From the human T2T-CHM13v2.0 reference genome, Homo sapiens, in NCBI RefSeq assembly GCF_009914755.1, contig NC_060931.1: a stretch of 64,000 bases of DNA. One strand, written 5' to 3'. The notes beneath the pieces were generated by a model. It saw only the letters and a list, made by a program, of their open reading frames with translations, made no database searches and was not told the DNA's origin. Numbering within the stretch: the stretch's first letter is position 1; each line of letters begins with the position of its first letter. Shown here piece by piece: positions 26,420-39,253 of the stretch. The position numbers were made by a program, and so were the translations under genes.

Positions 26420-26727
26420 TGCCCAACAATTCTTCTTTTTTAGTAGCTATAAAATAAGTTTATTATCAGTTAGCTACCAAAGAATAGTACGATAGTAGGA
26501 TAGTGAAATAATTATGAAAAGTATATCTGGGAGATAAAATTAGAACTTGAAAATTCCCCCAAAACTGTAAAATAAACTCAACATTTACAGGCTTCAATGA
26601 GAAAAAAAAAATCTCCAAACATTTCCATTGAGAAACTGCACAATTGTCTTCTTAAGATGTAAGTTTTGTTACAGAACTCAATATATAGTAGTTTCATTAC
26701 AGAACTCAATATATGCCCAACAATTCT
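26420..26727 (-). pseudogene. Probable orphan retrotransposed 3' fragment (unknown parent)
   Basis: 14-bp direct repeat tgcccaacaattct at 26420-26433 and 26714-26727; minus-strand AATAAA at 26464-26459, 17 nt before an A run. Confidence 0.6.
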
Positions 26728-26776
26728 ATTTCTGTGACCATCTCCTTCTATTCTAAGGGATGTGGCTTTTATTGAA

Positions 26777-26778
<2 letters not shown>

Positions 26779-26817
<39 letters not shown>

Positions 26818-26841
26818 GTTTGCTTGTTTTTTTTTTTTTTT
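26779..26841. repeat. (TG)n microsatellite and poly-T
   Basis: Direct read. Confidence 0.95.
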
Positions 26842-27654
26842 AGAATTAGGCGGGCTCTGAGATAAGGTTCTAGGGAGACAAAATACAAGGCTAAATACAG
26901 TCAGTCCTTGTTTATGGGGCATGGAACAGATTGATGGGCTTTTTGTATTATTTGTAGTTAAGGGTCAGTGGAGACCTAGACTAACCACCTTCCTCCCCTG
27001 CTTAGCTCAGAAATCAGCAAGCAGCAGGAAACAGGCTTCCTACCAAGGAGAGTGCAAGGACCAACTTGTCCACAACTAGATTGACTGAGTATATGTATAT
27101 GTGTGTATGTAGCAGGTGGTGGGGGGGAGGTCTTTGGAGCCCTAGCTCTAGAACTCTCTCTTACTAGGCACCAATAAATTCCAGCTCCAAGATGTGCCTC
27201 CTTTCCTTCCAGATGTAGTTGGTGGTAGAGTAATGTAGTGGTTGTAAGCAGAATTACTCAGTTAGGTCTTGTTTTGTGAAAAAAATTTATTTACTCTTAT
27301 ATAGTTATAAGTCACTACAATTTTGTTTCAATGGAGTTATCAAGGACCTATTCCTGATGCCAATGCTAGATTAAACAAGGAGTGAATGTATCATTAATGC
27401 ATGCATGTATAAGAGCAATGATATAGTCTTCAGTAGTCTGTTTTCCTTCTACGCTGCTGGGTTCATGAAAACCAATGAGAATTTCTTTGACCAAGGAAAA
27501 TGTGTAACAAATGTGATTCCATACTCAATACCAACAGATATGCTGGATACTTATTTAAGTTTCTAACAATGGCAGGATTTTTCACATCATGGACACACTT
27601 CTACTGCACCCTTTCTGAACATATTTGAAAACTTCATTAAAGGATATACTGAGT

Positions 27655-28700
27655 GAACAAATAACCCAACTAAGAAATCAAATAATCCCATTAAAAAGTG
27701 GGCAAATGACATGAACAGACATTTCTCAAAAGAAGACATGCAAATGGCCAAAAGGTATATGAAAAAATGTTCAACATCCCTAATCCCCAAATAAGTGCAA
27801 ATCAAAACCACAATGAGATATCATCTTACTCCAGTTAGAATGTCTATTATTAAAAAGAGCAAAAATAACAAATGCTGGTGAGGATGCAGGGAAAAGGGCA
27901 CTCTTACACTCTGTTGGTAGGAATGTAAATTAGTGCAGCCACTAGGGAAAACATATGAAGATTTCTCAAAAAACTGAAATAGAATTGCCATATGGTTCAG
28001 TAATCCCACTACTGGGTATTGTTCCAAAGGAATAAATATAGGAGATCAGCATATCAAAGAGATTCCTGTACTCATATGTTGATTGCAGCACTATTTACAA
28101 TAGCAAAGACAAGGACTCAACTGAAGTGTCCATCAAGGGACAAATGGATACATAAAATGTGGTATATATAGATGATGGAATACTCTTCAACCATAAAAAA
28201 AATAAAATCCTGTCATTTGCAGCAACATGGACAGAAGTGGAGATCACTATGTTAAATGAAACAAGCCAGGACCAGAAAGACAAAAATAACATGTTCTTAC
28301 TCATATGTTGGAGCTAAAAAAGTTGATTCCATGGAGATAGAAGGATGATAGATAACAGAGGGTTAGGAGAGTGAGGAATTGGGAATGAAGAGAGGTAGAT
28401 TAATGGGTACAAATATACAGTTAGATAAAAGATAGAAGTTCTATTATTTGGCAGAAGAGTAGACTGACTATAGTAGACAACAGTGTATTGTATATTTCAA
28501 AGTAGCTAAATGAAATAAATAGAATTGTTCCCAACACATAGAAATGATAAATATTCAAAGTGATGGATACCTCAAATACCTTGACTTGATCATTACACAT
28601 TCTATGCATGTAACAAAATAAATATGTACCCCATAAATATGTAAATTATTATGTATCAATTAGAAATTCAAAAAAGATACAGGAAGAAAAAAATTTTTTT
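27655..28700 (+). mobile_element. L1MA-type 3' end
   Basis: aataatcccattaaaaagtgggcaaa...cctgtcatttgcagcaacatgg...tgtaccccataaatatgta. Confidence 0.92.
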
Positions 28701-28701
28701 A

Positions 28702-29055
<354 letters not shown>

Positions 29056-30986
29056 TTAATCAGTATAAAGCAATTTTTATAATATAAGTTAGAATCTCTG
29101 TATTTTTGTTCACTTTTTTGCCAAGTTAAAAACTTCATTAGTCAATAATGTTATTGGAATTGGCTACTAGGAGAGATGGCTGAAAATTCAAAGAATAATT
29201 GTTTCATCGTGATATTCAAATTGAGTTTCTAATCATCTCCTTTATAGGAGCTATCCAAGGATTTCCAATTAAATTTATGACCTTGTACTGAAATTACATC
29301 TTGAAGCTCTTTATGTTTACTCATATAAGTCTAGCTGTTTTACCCTTATATTTACTTTTCCTTCGTAGTCTTCTTTGGTACTCTAAAAGGAGATGCTCTA
29401 TTTAAGAAGTTAATTAACTAATGCAAAATTTACTCCTATTATCTTCATATTTAATTAAGACTTTCTTATTTATGTCATCGCCTTAGCAAGGACTACATGT
29501 ATTCCTGAATGTCAGCTTCTTATCTATTTTTCTCAGCTTTTAAACATAATAAACAGCCTGGTTTCTTTATTCAGTATTTCAGATCTCCTTTCTTTCATGT
29601 CACAAAAGATAAATTCACATTGCTGCACTGACAACATCATAGCTTTGAAAATGCGTCCACCCGTTACCTTATAAATAGTTCAGTCACTTACTTTAATCCA
29701 TCTTCCTTTGTCCATCACTCTAATGTCAAACTTACAAGTTTAAGAATGCACTTTTCTCAACTTCCAGAGTTAAACCATGGGTCCAAAAGCCTATTCACTT
29801 AACTAACACACACTGACAGAAGTATCATTTTGACTGACAAAATGCCAATCATCAAGTATTCTCATTTAGGAAGATTTGATAATGGTGTCCTGGCATTGTC
29901 GTTTTGATGAATATTTAGTGCTAACAATGGCAAAAGTCCACCTCTCCTAAAAGGTGGGTAGGTCAATAGGGCTGGGTGATAACCTTTCCATCTTGACATC
30001 TCTGTGTGTTTTCATTATTTCAGTATAATTATCCAGTATCTATTCCAGATAATTATAGTTACATAACTCTGGTGGTTCAACCCTACATAATAATTTTTTT
30101 TGTTTTGCTTATTTGTTTCACTTATACCAGCCAACTTTTTCTTTATTTAATGTTATCCTTTCAGGACTCATAGCTTTGAATTTATTTAGAACGGAACTAA
30201 AAGAAAAGAAACTCACACAACATCCACAGCCCAGAATTTCTAGAGAGTGGAAAGTGTCTGAAGTGCATGGAATCTGCCTTGAAGAAAATGGATTTTTGAT
30301 ATCAATCTAAGATCTAGAACCTGAGTTTAAAAGTCCTTCATTTGTCTTAAAGTTAATAGAGGATTTTCAGGTGAGCTGTAACAGACACTAAAAATTGTAT
30401 CATTTTACCAATTCCTCTCCTTGGAAGGATAATCAGAAACGATTGTTTATGGATATCTATAGGTTACATATAAGAAATTTACCCCAACATGCTTTCTAAG
30501 CATCATTGCTTTCTAAGACTTGCAGAACACTCAGCTTTACTTTCCAATGTGCACTTTTCTTTTTACTTGTGAGACTCTCCTGTTGCAAACAAGAGATGAG
30601 GTTGGGAGTCACTGTGAAGATTCTACTCACAGAATAGCTGTTTCAACTAATAAATTAAATTTGCATTCTCCTGTCTCCCAATGTGGAGTTCTATCTCCAT
30701 CATAATTCATTCGGAATCACCAACAGTCTGGACTAGAATCAATATTTCTCAATACTAACTTCAGAAATGTAAGTTAGATTTTATAGCTTGAAAATCACAA
30801 GTTTCTTCTGGCTACAACTTCATCATAAACCATACTACTGCAGTTATAAGCATTTGCACTTAAAATTGCCACATCTCAAATAAGTTTTCTGTTCCAAAAG
30901 CCCACTATAAAAAATAAGTGCAATTTCACTTTCTTTTAATCAATGAATATATAGCTAAACATTTATCTCTCAACATAAAAATATTA

Positions 30987-31190
<204 letters not shown>

Positions 31191-31439
31191 TCATCAATAT
31201 ACTCAGGAACCCATTAAAAAGATGCATTATTTCAAAGTGTTCTTTTGATCTTCTCAAACATTTACTGCCACAATGATAACAGAGATAACATTTACTGAGA
31301 CAATAATTGCCTGCCAAGTCTGTGTTCAATGCTTTGCATGTATTCCTAAATTTATCCTTCATTTAGAATGAAGCCTATATCATGGTAAAAGATATGTTAC
31401 TCTTGAATCATACTGAAATATTATAGTACATCTCATTGC

Positions 31440-31615
31440 ATGGCTAAAAAGACTATTTACTCATTTATTCATTCCTCCCCATTCCATCCTACCCCAAATC
31501 CTGGAAACCACTTTTCTGTCTATAAATTTGACTACTCTAGGTACCTCATATAAGTAGAATATATAATATTTGCCCTTTTGTGACTGGCTTATTTTACTTA
31601 GCATAATGTCTTAGA
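31440..31615 (-). mobile_element. L1M 3' UTR fragment
   Basis: tttgactactctaggtacctcatataagtagaat...tgtgactggcttattt. Confidence 0.85.
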
Positions 31616-33469
31616 AGTCTGAAAAGATTTTTAAGTTATTGAAAGTTGCTCTAGATTTAGTTAAGTAGGATGGTATAAAAAGTTAAAGAAGAAAAACCTA
31701 CACAAATATTAATGATTTTACTCCTTTTATGCAATAAATAAAAGGAATTTCTTTATTTTGTAGTATATCTACAAATGTTTTTAACAAGAGACAAGGTTTG
31801 AAAGAATGTAGGGTTTTTTTTTCCTTTTTTCAATTCAAACAATTTTGCGACTGTTTGACCTTATAATCTAATAAAAAATAAACTGGGATATAGTTAAAAA
31901 GCCAATAATGTAGATCTATCAAATACTTATTTGATATTTAAAGATGACTTGTTAACTTATAAAGATTTATCTTAAAACCTTTCCTATTTCCATACTGGAA
32001 AGAATTAATTATAAATCAAAATACCAGTAAAAATGTAAGTAAGAATTCCTGAAACTCTTATTATTTCAATCAAATATACTAGGGAAATTGAGCCAAGACA
32101 AACAATTAAAGATAGAAGAAACAGGAAATCTGCAATAATCATAAAATTATATTCCTTCAAATCCTTCTGAGTCTCAGAATTAGAATTCATGAATCTATTT
32201 GCACTACCATGATCACACAAACTAGCATTATGTAGGTGTGCACAGGTGCAAAACAAACAGCTTTGACATAAACTGTAGCTAATAGACTTACATATTGTAA
32301 CATTTCTAAAGTTTTCAAAATCCATCATTTCAGTTGCCTCCTAATCTGCAGGTATAGTCTCAATAAGATGCCATTTTTAACTGCAAGATATCATTTTCAA
32401 CTGAATTAACTGTCAAAATTCTTACCCTCCAGATGATGTTTCTTTCATATTTGAGCAAATGGTCTCTTAATCTATTTTTCCACCCAATATAATATGATAG
32501 TGGAAATCAAATGACATAAAAGAAAAACATTTTTTGTTGGGTGTACATAAATATTACATCCGGAATGGCTGAACATATAATTTTCCAAATTCAAATCCAT
32601 TTTCTCAGCCAAAGAAGCAGAGCAGTCAGAAATAAAAGTCATTTGAAACTGCCATTACACAATTGCAACAATTACCTATTATTTACTTCTCCAAATGCCC
32701 TGTGTTTCCATGTGTCTTGGACTTGCTGGCACCACACTAAAATAGCTAATAGTTTAGAAATCCTGAAATTCTCTTTTTCTTCTTCTTCTTTTTTTCCAGT
32801 CAGCAATACTTGCTTACCCTTGCTAATTTATCACACCTACTGAGTAAGCATCATGCCTGTGACTGCTCTCAGCTGTCATTTCTGCCGGATTCTAAGGCTA
32901 CAGGTCCTTTGGCAACTGCACCCCCTCTTCCTTCTCCTTTTTTTTCAATCTAATATGTGGGACATACCAAGTGATGAGATCCTTTCTGGCATCCTAAGAA
33001 AATGCCAACTATAGAACAACAGATGTAGTCTCCTTATTAAGGTAAGCCAGAATCACTCACCTAATGTAATGTGGATAAATTCACATTTTGTAGTTCAGGA
33101 TGATTCTTATCCCTAAAAATATATTATCAGTTTAAACCTTTTTTTTTCTTTACTACAGATATACTGAATTACATTTCTTGAAAGTTATCTACCTCAGAAA
33201 ACAACAAAAAAGTCTATTTATTCATTTCAATGACTGTATCTTTTTTTTCATAGAAGAACTGTCGAAACTTTTAAGAATCAATATAAAATTTCCTTCACTA
33301 ATTAAATGAGTTGTCATAAATTATAACAAAATTTCACATACAATCCCCTTTGTTTTGGAAGGATTTCTCTTTCCTCCTATTTCCCAAATGCTTTATTATC
33401 CTTTACAATTTATCATAAGCATCTTTCAAGTCAGGCAATTTTATTAATCCAGTATTCTTACAGCAAATT

Positions 33470-33945
33470 CTGCTAGTTGCCTACCCAATATTCCTCCCAT
33501 TATTCTTTCCTTTTAAAAGAGCTCTGATTTAGTTTTGGGCAGAAACCTGCTGAGCCTCAGGACATGGATCACAGTGGTCTGGAAAGTCATTCAATCATTC
33601 TCCACTTTCCTAACTGCCCTTGCAGCTTCTAGCAGCTATGTTCTGGCCATTGACACTTAGCCCAGAAGGAAATGGACATAATATCTGAGATGTAGCAGCC
33701 ATATTCTGACCATGAAGTGAAGTGACAAGCACAAGGAAAAATTCACCATGCTCAGGATACTGGAGTAGAGGTTAGAAACAGCCTGCATTCCTAATGGCTT
33801 TACTAAACAGCTAAAAACAATGTCAGTAACTACATATCTTAAGATTTCTTGTTATATGAGAAAAAGTAAACACTCATTAAAAAAACTATTTTGATTGAGC
33901 ATTCTTTTAAAACTAATATAGTTGAACAACTGTACCTGATCCTAA
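33470..33945 (+). mobile_element. MLT1 (J/K-like) MaLR LTR
   Basis: ccttgcag...ttctggcca; gcagccat...tgaccatga; ttcttgttatatgagaaaaa. Confidence 0.7.
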
Positions 33946-34232
33946 AACACACATATATATATACACACACATGTTATATGCATATGTATATATACACATA
34001 TATTTTTGTGTATGTATATATACACATATATACACATATATAGATGTGTATAATACATGTGTGTATACACAGTATGTGTGTATAACACATGCATGTATAT
34101 GTACAGTATGTGTGTATATACACGTGTTATATGTATGTGTGATACATATGTATATGTATGTATGTATGTGTGATACATGTGTATATGTATGTATGTATGT
34201 ATATATAATGTATACACATACACATACATAGG
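33946..34232. repeat. Alternating purine-pyrimidine (TA/TG/CA) low-complexity tract
   Basis: Direct read. Confidence 0.95.
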
Positions 34233-35787
34233 TATAAAGGCATATTTATCCTCAATTAGAAATTTCAATTAGAGAGGAATTAAACAACAGACATTGGGCA
34301 ATGATGTCCTCAAAAAGTAGAGTCTGAGTCTCAAAATGATCTGATTTCAGGTTTAAAAGTTAGCCTTTTAAAGCAAGCTAAAAAATACAGAGTTCTAAAA
34401 AGTGTACAATAAATGTTATCTATTGTTAAAATAAATAATTTGCTATCTTATTTTCCATACTTATAAATTTTTTATTTTATTTTTAGTGTTTGTAGAGTTT
34501 CTGCTCTATCATTTGTTAATGATTCCTAGATTTGGTAGTTCATAGGATGCACACATCAATCGTTTTGTTGAGCAGAGCACTGGCAACATTAATGTCTCGT
34601 TGCATGCTTTAGCCATTTGTACTTTTTCCTTCAAAAAAATCAGTGGCTCTTACTTGCCATTATATTTGAATAACTATTGACTTATTTAGTTATGTGAAAA
34701 AAATTTTATTTCCTGTATTTTTAAAAATAAGACTGTAGACAAGTATTAAATGCCTTCTGAAGTGACACTTTCAGTAAATGAGAGAGCTGGAAAGGATTTG
34801 AAACCTACAGTTCCAAAAAACATGTACCTAATTTTCATCCTCTATAGTCTGAAGACCAAACTTCTTAGTGCAAAGCAGTCAAGTCTTTTCTCAACATGAC
34901 CCCAATCAAGCTTTTGAACTTAACATCAAAATATAACTTCAGAAGAACGTTTGGAATAGAGCTCAGTTCAAACTCTTCCTATTGCAAACGAGGCAAGTGA
35001 AGCTCACACAAAGAGTATGGTACTGGGCTTAGAACAATGGTGGGGTGGGGAGTGAGGGAAGCACTGGGGAGCAACACCTATGGTCTATTTGAGGAGAAAA
35101 CACCAAGTCCCAACGTTCAAAACTGGGCTGCATTTCTAAGGTTTCCATCATTTTCAGGAATGCCCTCAGTAGAAATTGACTGCTTTGTCATTTCTATTAC
35201 TTGAATACGTAGACTGAGGAAACAAAGGAAGAAGATGCTGCTTGGATTGGAGAGACATAATCTCCTTGGTATATTCCTTAAGGCAATTTGTTAGCTCCAG
35301 CATTGTAGCAAATGCCACTCTTTCAAAATTTGAGGGAGAAACATGCTAGGGTCTATAATGTTTGTGCCAAGTGTCTGGTTGCTAGTAGTCCCATCTAGTA
35401 AAGTAGTGTCATCTCTCACTCAGACATGACCATCAGCTCAACCTTCCCCTCCCCTTGAGTCAACTGCTTCTGGAATGAAAGCGTACCTTATAAACTTTTA
35501 TCAGTGTAAACTGGAGAAAGCAGTTCACTAATTGGGATAGTAGGGGTTAAATAGAGAGGGGAAAGGTGGGGATGACCACCAGGGTTTGGCTCATTTTGAT
35601 GTAATCTACTCATCCTGTGCTTCAGTCAAAGCAAACTACTCTAATGTTCTAATCATCTTATTTATTTTTGTTTGTTTTTCAATCACACTCAACAAAATAC
35701 TGTGGTGAATATTTAATTTTAGTTTGTGCTTTACTTTTTGCATTCAACTTTGCTCTTTATCTTGTACCACGTTCTTTTGGTAGAAGA

Positions 35788-35920
35788 TCCTTCCTTCCTT
35801 CCTTTCTTCCTTCCTTCCTTCCTTCCTTCCTTCCTTCCTTCCTTCCTTCCTTCCTTTCTTTCTTTCTTTCTTTCTTTCTTTCTCTGTTCTTTCTTCCTTT
35901 CTTCTTTCTTTCTTTTTCTT
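35788..35920. repeat. (TTCC)n(TTTC)n polypyrimidine tract
   Basis: Direct read. Confidence 0.95.
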
Positions 35921-36682
35921 GTTTTTTATTGAGTAGCTATATCATTCAGTACATGTAGTGGGTCTTTGTGCTGAGCTACTCTGCCCTTACTTAGTCAATC
36001 AAAATGTTTCTTCCAGGAAATGGCTATAGAAGCAGAGTGCCCAAAGAATGCGAATGCAACTGGCTTCATCTTGAAAGCGACACTCTGAAGAAATTACCCA
36101 TAATTTCTCCCTCTTGGACATGCAGAATTATCCTGTTCTTGTATTTTTCTGGCCAGCTTCTCCAACTTTCCCTTTCTTGTTTGCAACTAATTAAACTTTA
36201 TGGATAAGAATGCCTTCCCTTTGCTATTATCCATGGAATTTCTGTCCAACCTTCAGGCTTAAAATTATTCTGTAGTTGGCCTTCCTATGATCTTTGAGCC
36301 GGAAGTCTTCTCTCTGCTCTGAACTTCCACATCTTGCTCATTTCTCTTTAGTACTTTGCGCATTATAACAGGCCAAACTGTAATTTGTGGACCTGTTTTA
36401 TATTTTCTATTATGTTACAAGCTTCCCAGGAGAGAGTGTTTCCTATTCATTTTATATCTTCTCCCCTCTTATATCTTCTTCCACGTCTAAAGCAATGTGT
36501 TTTTAACATACAAGGCCATGAAACGTATGCTAAATAAATAAATCACAAATGCTGTAGTAGAAAGAACACTAGGTTTTCAGTCAGGTAAACAAGTTTTAGT
36601 TACCATCCCAACACTTATTCATTAAGTGGTCTTGCACAAATCATTTCTGGACCTCATTTTTTCTCATCTATAAAAGGAAGGT

Positions 36683-37010
36683 GGCTTAGTTACTTAAAGC
36701 TGCTATAACAATACCATAGATTAATCTGTATTTCTCACATTTTTGGAGTCAGAAAGTCCAAGATTAAACCAACAGATCCGGTGCCTGGTAAGGGCACTCT
36801 TCCCGGCTTGCAAATGGCCATCTTCTCATTATATCCACACATGGCCAAGAGGAAAATAATGTTTCTTTTTATAAGGGTACCAATCCCATTCATGAGGGTC
36901 TCACCCTCATAATTTAATTACCTGTCAAATAGCCCCACCTCCTAATGTAATCACCATGGGGGTTAAGATTTCAATATATGAGTTTTGGACAAACATTCAG
37001 TCCAAAACAA
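36683..37010 (-). mobile_element. MLT1A/MSTD-like MaLR LTR inserted in a MIR
   Basis: gctgctataacaataccataga...ttttataaggg...aatcccattcatgaggg...acaaacattcagtcca. Confidence 0.85.
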
Positions 37011-39104
37011 TGGGTGTAGGACCAAATAACATCTCCTCTAGGTCTAAATTTTATGCTTCCCTATAAAATATTTGCTAAGTGCATCTTATAATTTGGGATT
37101 TCTTTTGGTAACAAGACAACCAAATTATTTTACTATTTACTTATAGTTTACAAATTAGCTATACTCCATAAGAAATAAAACTATGAATAATCTCCTTTTG
37201 ATATTGTTTTCTAGTTGTGGAATTATTCAGGAATCTTACATCATCAGTAGACAACTGACTTCAGACCTTATCTTCATCAAATAAGTAGGAAAGTAGTTAA
37301 GCAAAGCAGTCTGTGAGGAATTAGAAGAGAAGGAAATCTACCCATATGCTGTAAGATATTTTAATGAGTAACCGCAAATGTACCTTAGGTTAATTGATTG
37401 GATGGTGGATAAGTTGAGGAATAGACAGGAAAGTATTATAGGGCTGTGTTGTTAAGTTCCTTTTTCAAAAATAGTTTCTGCTTGGCTCACCTCAAAAATG
37501 AGAAATAAATCACAAGAAAGTTGATTGATTCTGCTAAGAGCCACAGACACAAAACAGGTGACAGACATATCTAATCTAGCCTGCCAGAACAGCCTCCATT
37601 CCCTTTTTAGGTAGAAATTGTGTCTTTGATTTCTGATGATCTAGAGGCCCATCTCATTTTCAGGTGGCCAGAGTACTACACAAAATCACTGCATGCATTT
37701 GATCTAGACTAGACAGTCTATAAATTATGAGGCAGTAAAATTCTCCTTCCCCTAATAATTCCCAATTTGCCTATTTTAAATAGGAAAGCCATAAAGCTCA
37801 TTGAAGATGCCCTGGTTTGTTAGTTTTTCCATAGCTGAAAATTTTTACTTACATGACAATTTCTATCCCTTCAATATTTTATTCATAATATTAGAGAGTA
37901 TAGACAATCTTTTTAATCATGCTTTAATATCTGTGCTGTTTCTTCAAAATCTTTGTGGTATTGCATGTTTTGTATAAGAAATGGAATAAGAAAGACAAAA
38001 TATATTAAACATTTGCAGATCATTAGAAGATTTAAAACTAAAGAGAATAATTGCTATTTCAGAGAAAATGACAGAGATAAATGTAAATGGTTTATAATAT
38101 TCTCTAGCTCAATTGAAAATAGCTTTTTTATTATTTCCTTTCCCCTACTATTGTACAGATGGGATATTATTATTGAGTTTCATTTTTCATTGTTAGCCTT
38201 GGTCTCAAACTAAATGTTAGAGTTGTTCCTATAGTTATGATATTTCCTTCCATTGAGAAGAGAAAATGAGTTCTCAGTACATGCCAGGCATCATAGTAGG
38301 TACCTGAAATTTTATTATCTGAAAATATGAACTATGAACCCAAAGTTGAAAACAATCTCAAGTGTATCAAAATTTTTAATAATGTACCAATGGCTAATAC
38401 AGTCTAATAAGAGCATATATCCTATTAGTTTCTTTAATTACCTAACTCTTACAAATTAGATGTTCTTCATACAAAGCAGGAAGTCACACCAAATTCAGCA
38501 TAATGAAAGGAAAAATATATATGGGTAAAAGGGACATAATAATCTAACCTAAATTCAATCCATTTTTTTTAAAACTAGAGATATACCACTCTAAATTTAA
38601 AAGGGAAAAGCAATCTATTAGGATAGTTATGAAGGAGTTTAAAATTATTGAAGGTTAATAAACCTCATAGGTATAAGGCTTCTACATAAAACACTTACTA
38701 AGATTATTAAACTGAAGAAAAGCCACTGTTGTCCAAAATATCTAGATAATTTAGCAGGCAAAATTTTTTCTTCTTAGAGTCTTGGTTTATTGCCTCTCTA
38801 ACTTCACTCCAAAGTTTCAGTATAAAAATTTTAAAATGTAATGATAAAAATATCACAATTGTTTTTGTTCTTGGTAAGTCCAATTTAAGAATGCATCCAC
38901 ATTAATAAAAAAGCAAAAGAAAATGCTCATACTTTGGTATGCTTGAAATATCTTCATTCATAAAACTAAAAGTGAACATGTAAATGGTATTTAAACAATG
39001 AATATTTAAGCTTATTTCATTTTATATTAGCAAGGTCTATCCCCAAGTCAACTGAAAAACATTTGACATTATTTTGTGTTTTAAGAACTATAAAGCCAGG
39101 TCAG

Positions 39105-39253
39105 GCCAGCCATACGGTGGCTCATGCTTGTAATCCCAGAACTTTGGGAGGCTGAGGCAGGAGGATCACTTGAGGACAGGAGTTCCAGGTCAGCCTGGGC
39201 AACACAGTAAGACCCCATCTCTATAAAAATGAAAAATTAAAAAAAAATTCTTA
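39105..39253 (+). mobile_element. FLAM_C Alu monomer
   Basis: Left monomer plus A tail; TSD aaagccaggtcag at 39092-39104 and 39254-39266. Confidence 0.93.

Larger units (their letters stand above)
32900..36215 (+). ncRNA. Candidate spliced antisense lncRNA (position fits my recollection of MAGI2-AS2)
   Basis: Strong donor AAG|gtaagc at 33041/33042; acceptors ttttcag| at 35157 and tttcttccag| at 36016; ATTAAA at 36190-36195; boundaries inferred. Confidence 0.4.

Noticed and set aside
33942-34268. Y/I/H/T-rich ORFs (also 52031-52430 and 35668-35958)
   Set aside because: Translations of microsatellites
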